In this document: piece after piece, positions 63,833 to 64,000 of the stretch
How the letters are laid out: every line of letters begins with the position of its first letter
Position numbering within the stretch: position 1 is the stretch's first letter
NCBI GenBank assembly: GCA_046563655.1
Contig: CM102290.1
Location: 4,650,001 to 4,714,000 of the forward strand
Direction: 5' to 3'
DNA: 64,000 bases
Origin: Yuukianura sp. NJ FZ-2021
Taxonomy: Eukaryota
Position numbers and translations under genes: made by a program
Notes under the pieces: model-generated
What the model saw: only the letters and a program-made list of their open reading frames with translations
Databases searched by the model: none
Told to the model about the DNA's origin: nothing

Positions 63833-64000
63833 TATAATAAATTGAATAAATTTAAATCTGAGTCTGCCAAAATGGCAAGAAAAAACATTCCATCTAAAAC
63901 TCGGCTCTAAAAATTAATTTAAGTTTAAGCTGGCCTGCTAGCCGGTTTTTTTCTCTTTTAGTTTTACACTTTTGTTAGTCGATAGTTCGTGCGAAAGGTT

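Overview
Eukaryotic, AT-rich, gene-dense window with many short (about 60-90 nt) GT-AG introns. The proteins look arthropod-like; the taxon is an inference. In order: the probable 3' end of an upstream gene; HIP1/HIP1R (+); an orphan gene (-); a large gene-poor region around a Fezf/earmuff zinc-finger gene whose CDS is intronless (+); a vezatin-like gene (-); the carnitine/acylcarnitine carrier colt/SLC25A20 (+), with a secreted LRR gene nested antisense in intron 4; ARPC4 (-); a full-length but very divergent UPF2 (+); an orphan with an RVxF motif (+); G6PD (+), preceded by a DINE-1/Helentron-type element holding a ~289-bp palindromic tandem array; MED19 (+); a secreted Cys-containing orphan (+); and the 3' part of a probably GPI-anchored LRR gene (-). 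Several small inverted-repeat elements (MITE or foldback type) are scattered through the window. The best leads are a UPF2 whose UPF3-binding helix appears degenerate, structured candidate ncRNAs in ARPC4 and colt introns, the AGGTCA-rich array upstream of G6PD, and one MITE family present in both divergent promoters. Gene models were spliced and translated by eye, and homologies were recalled from memory, not searched.
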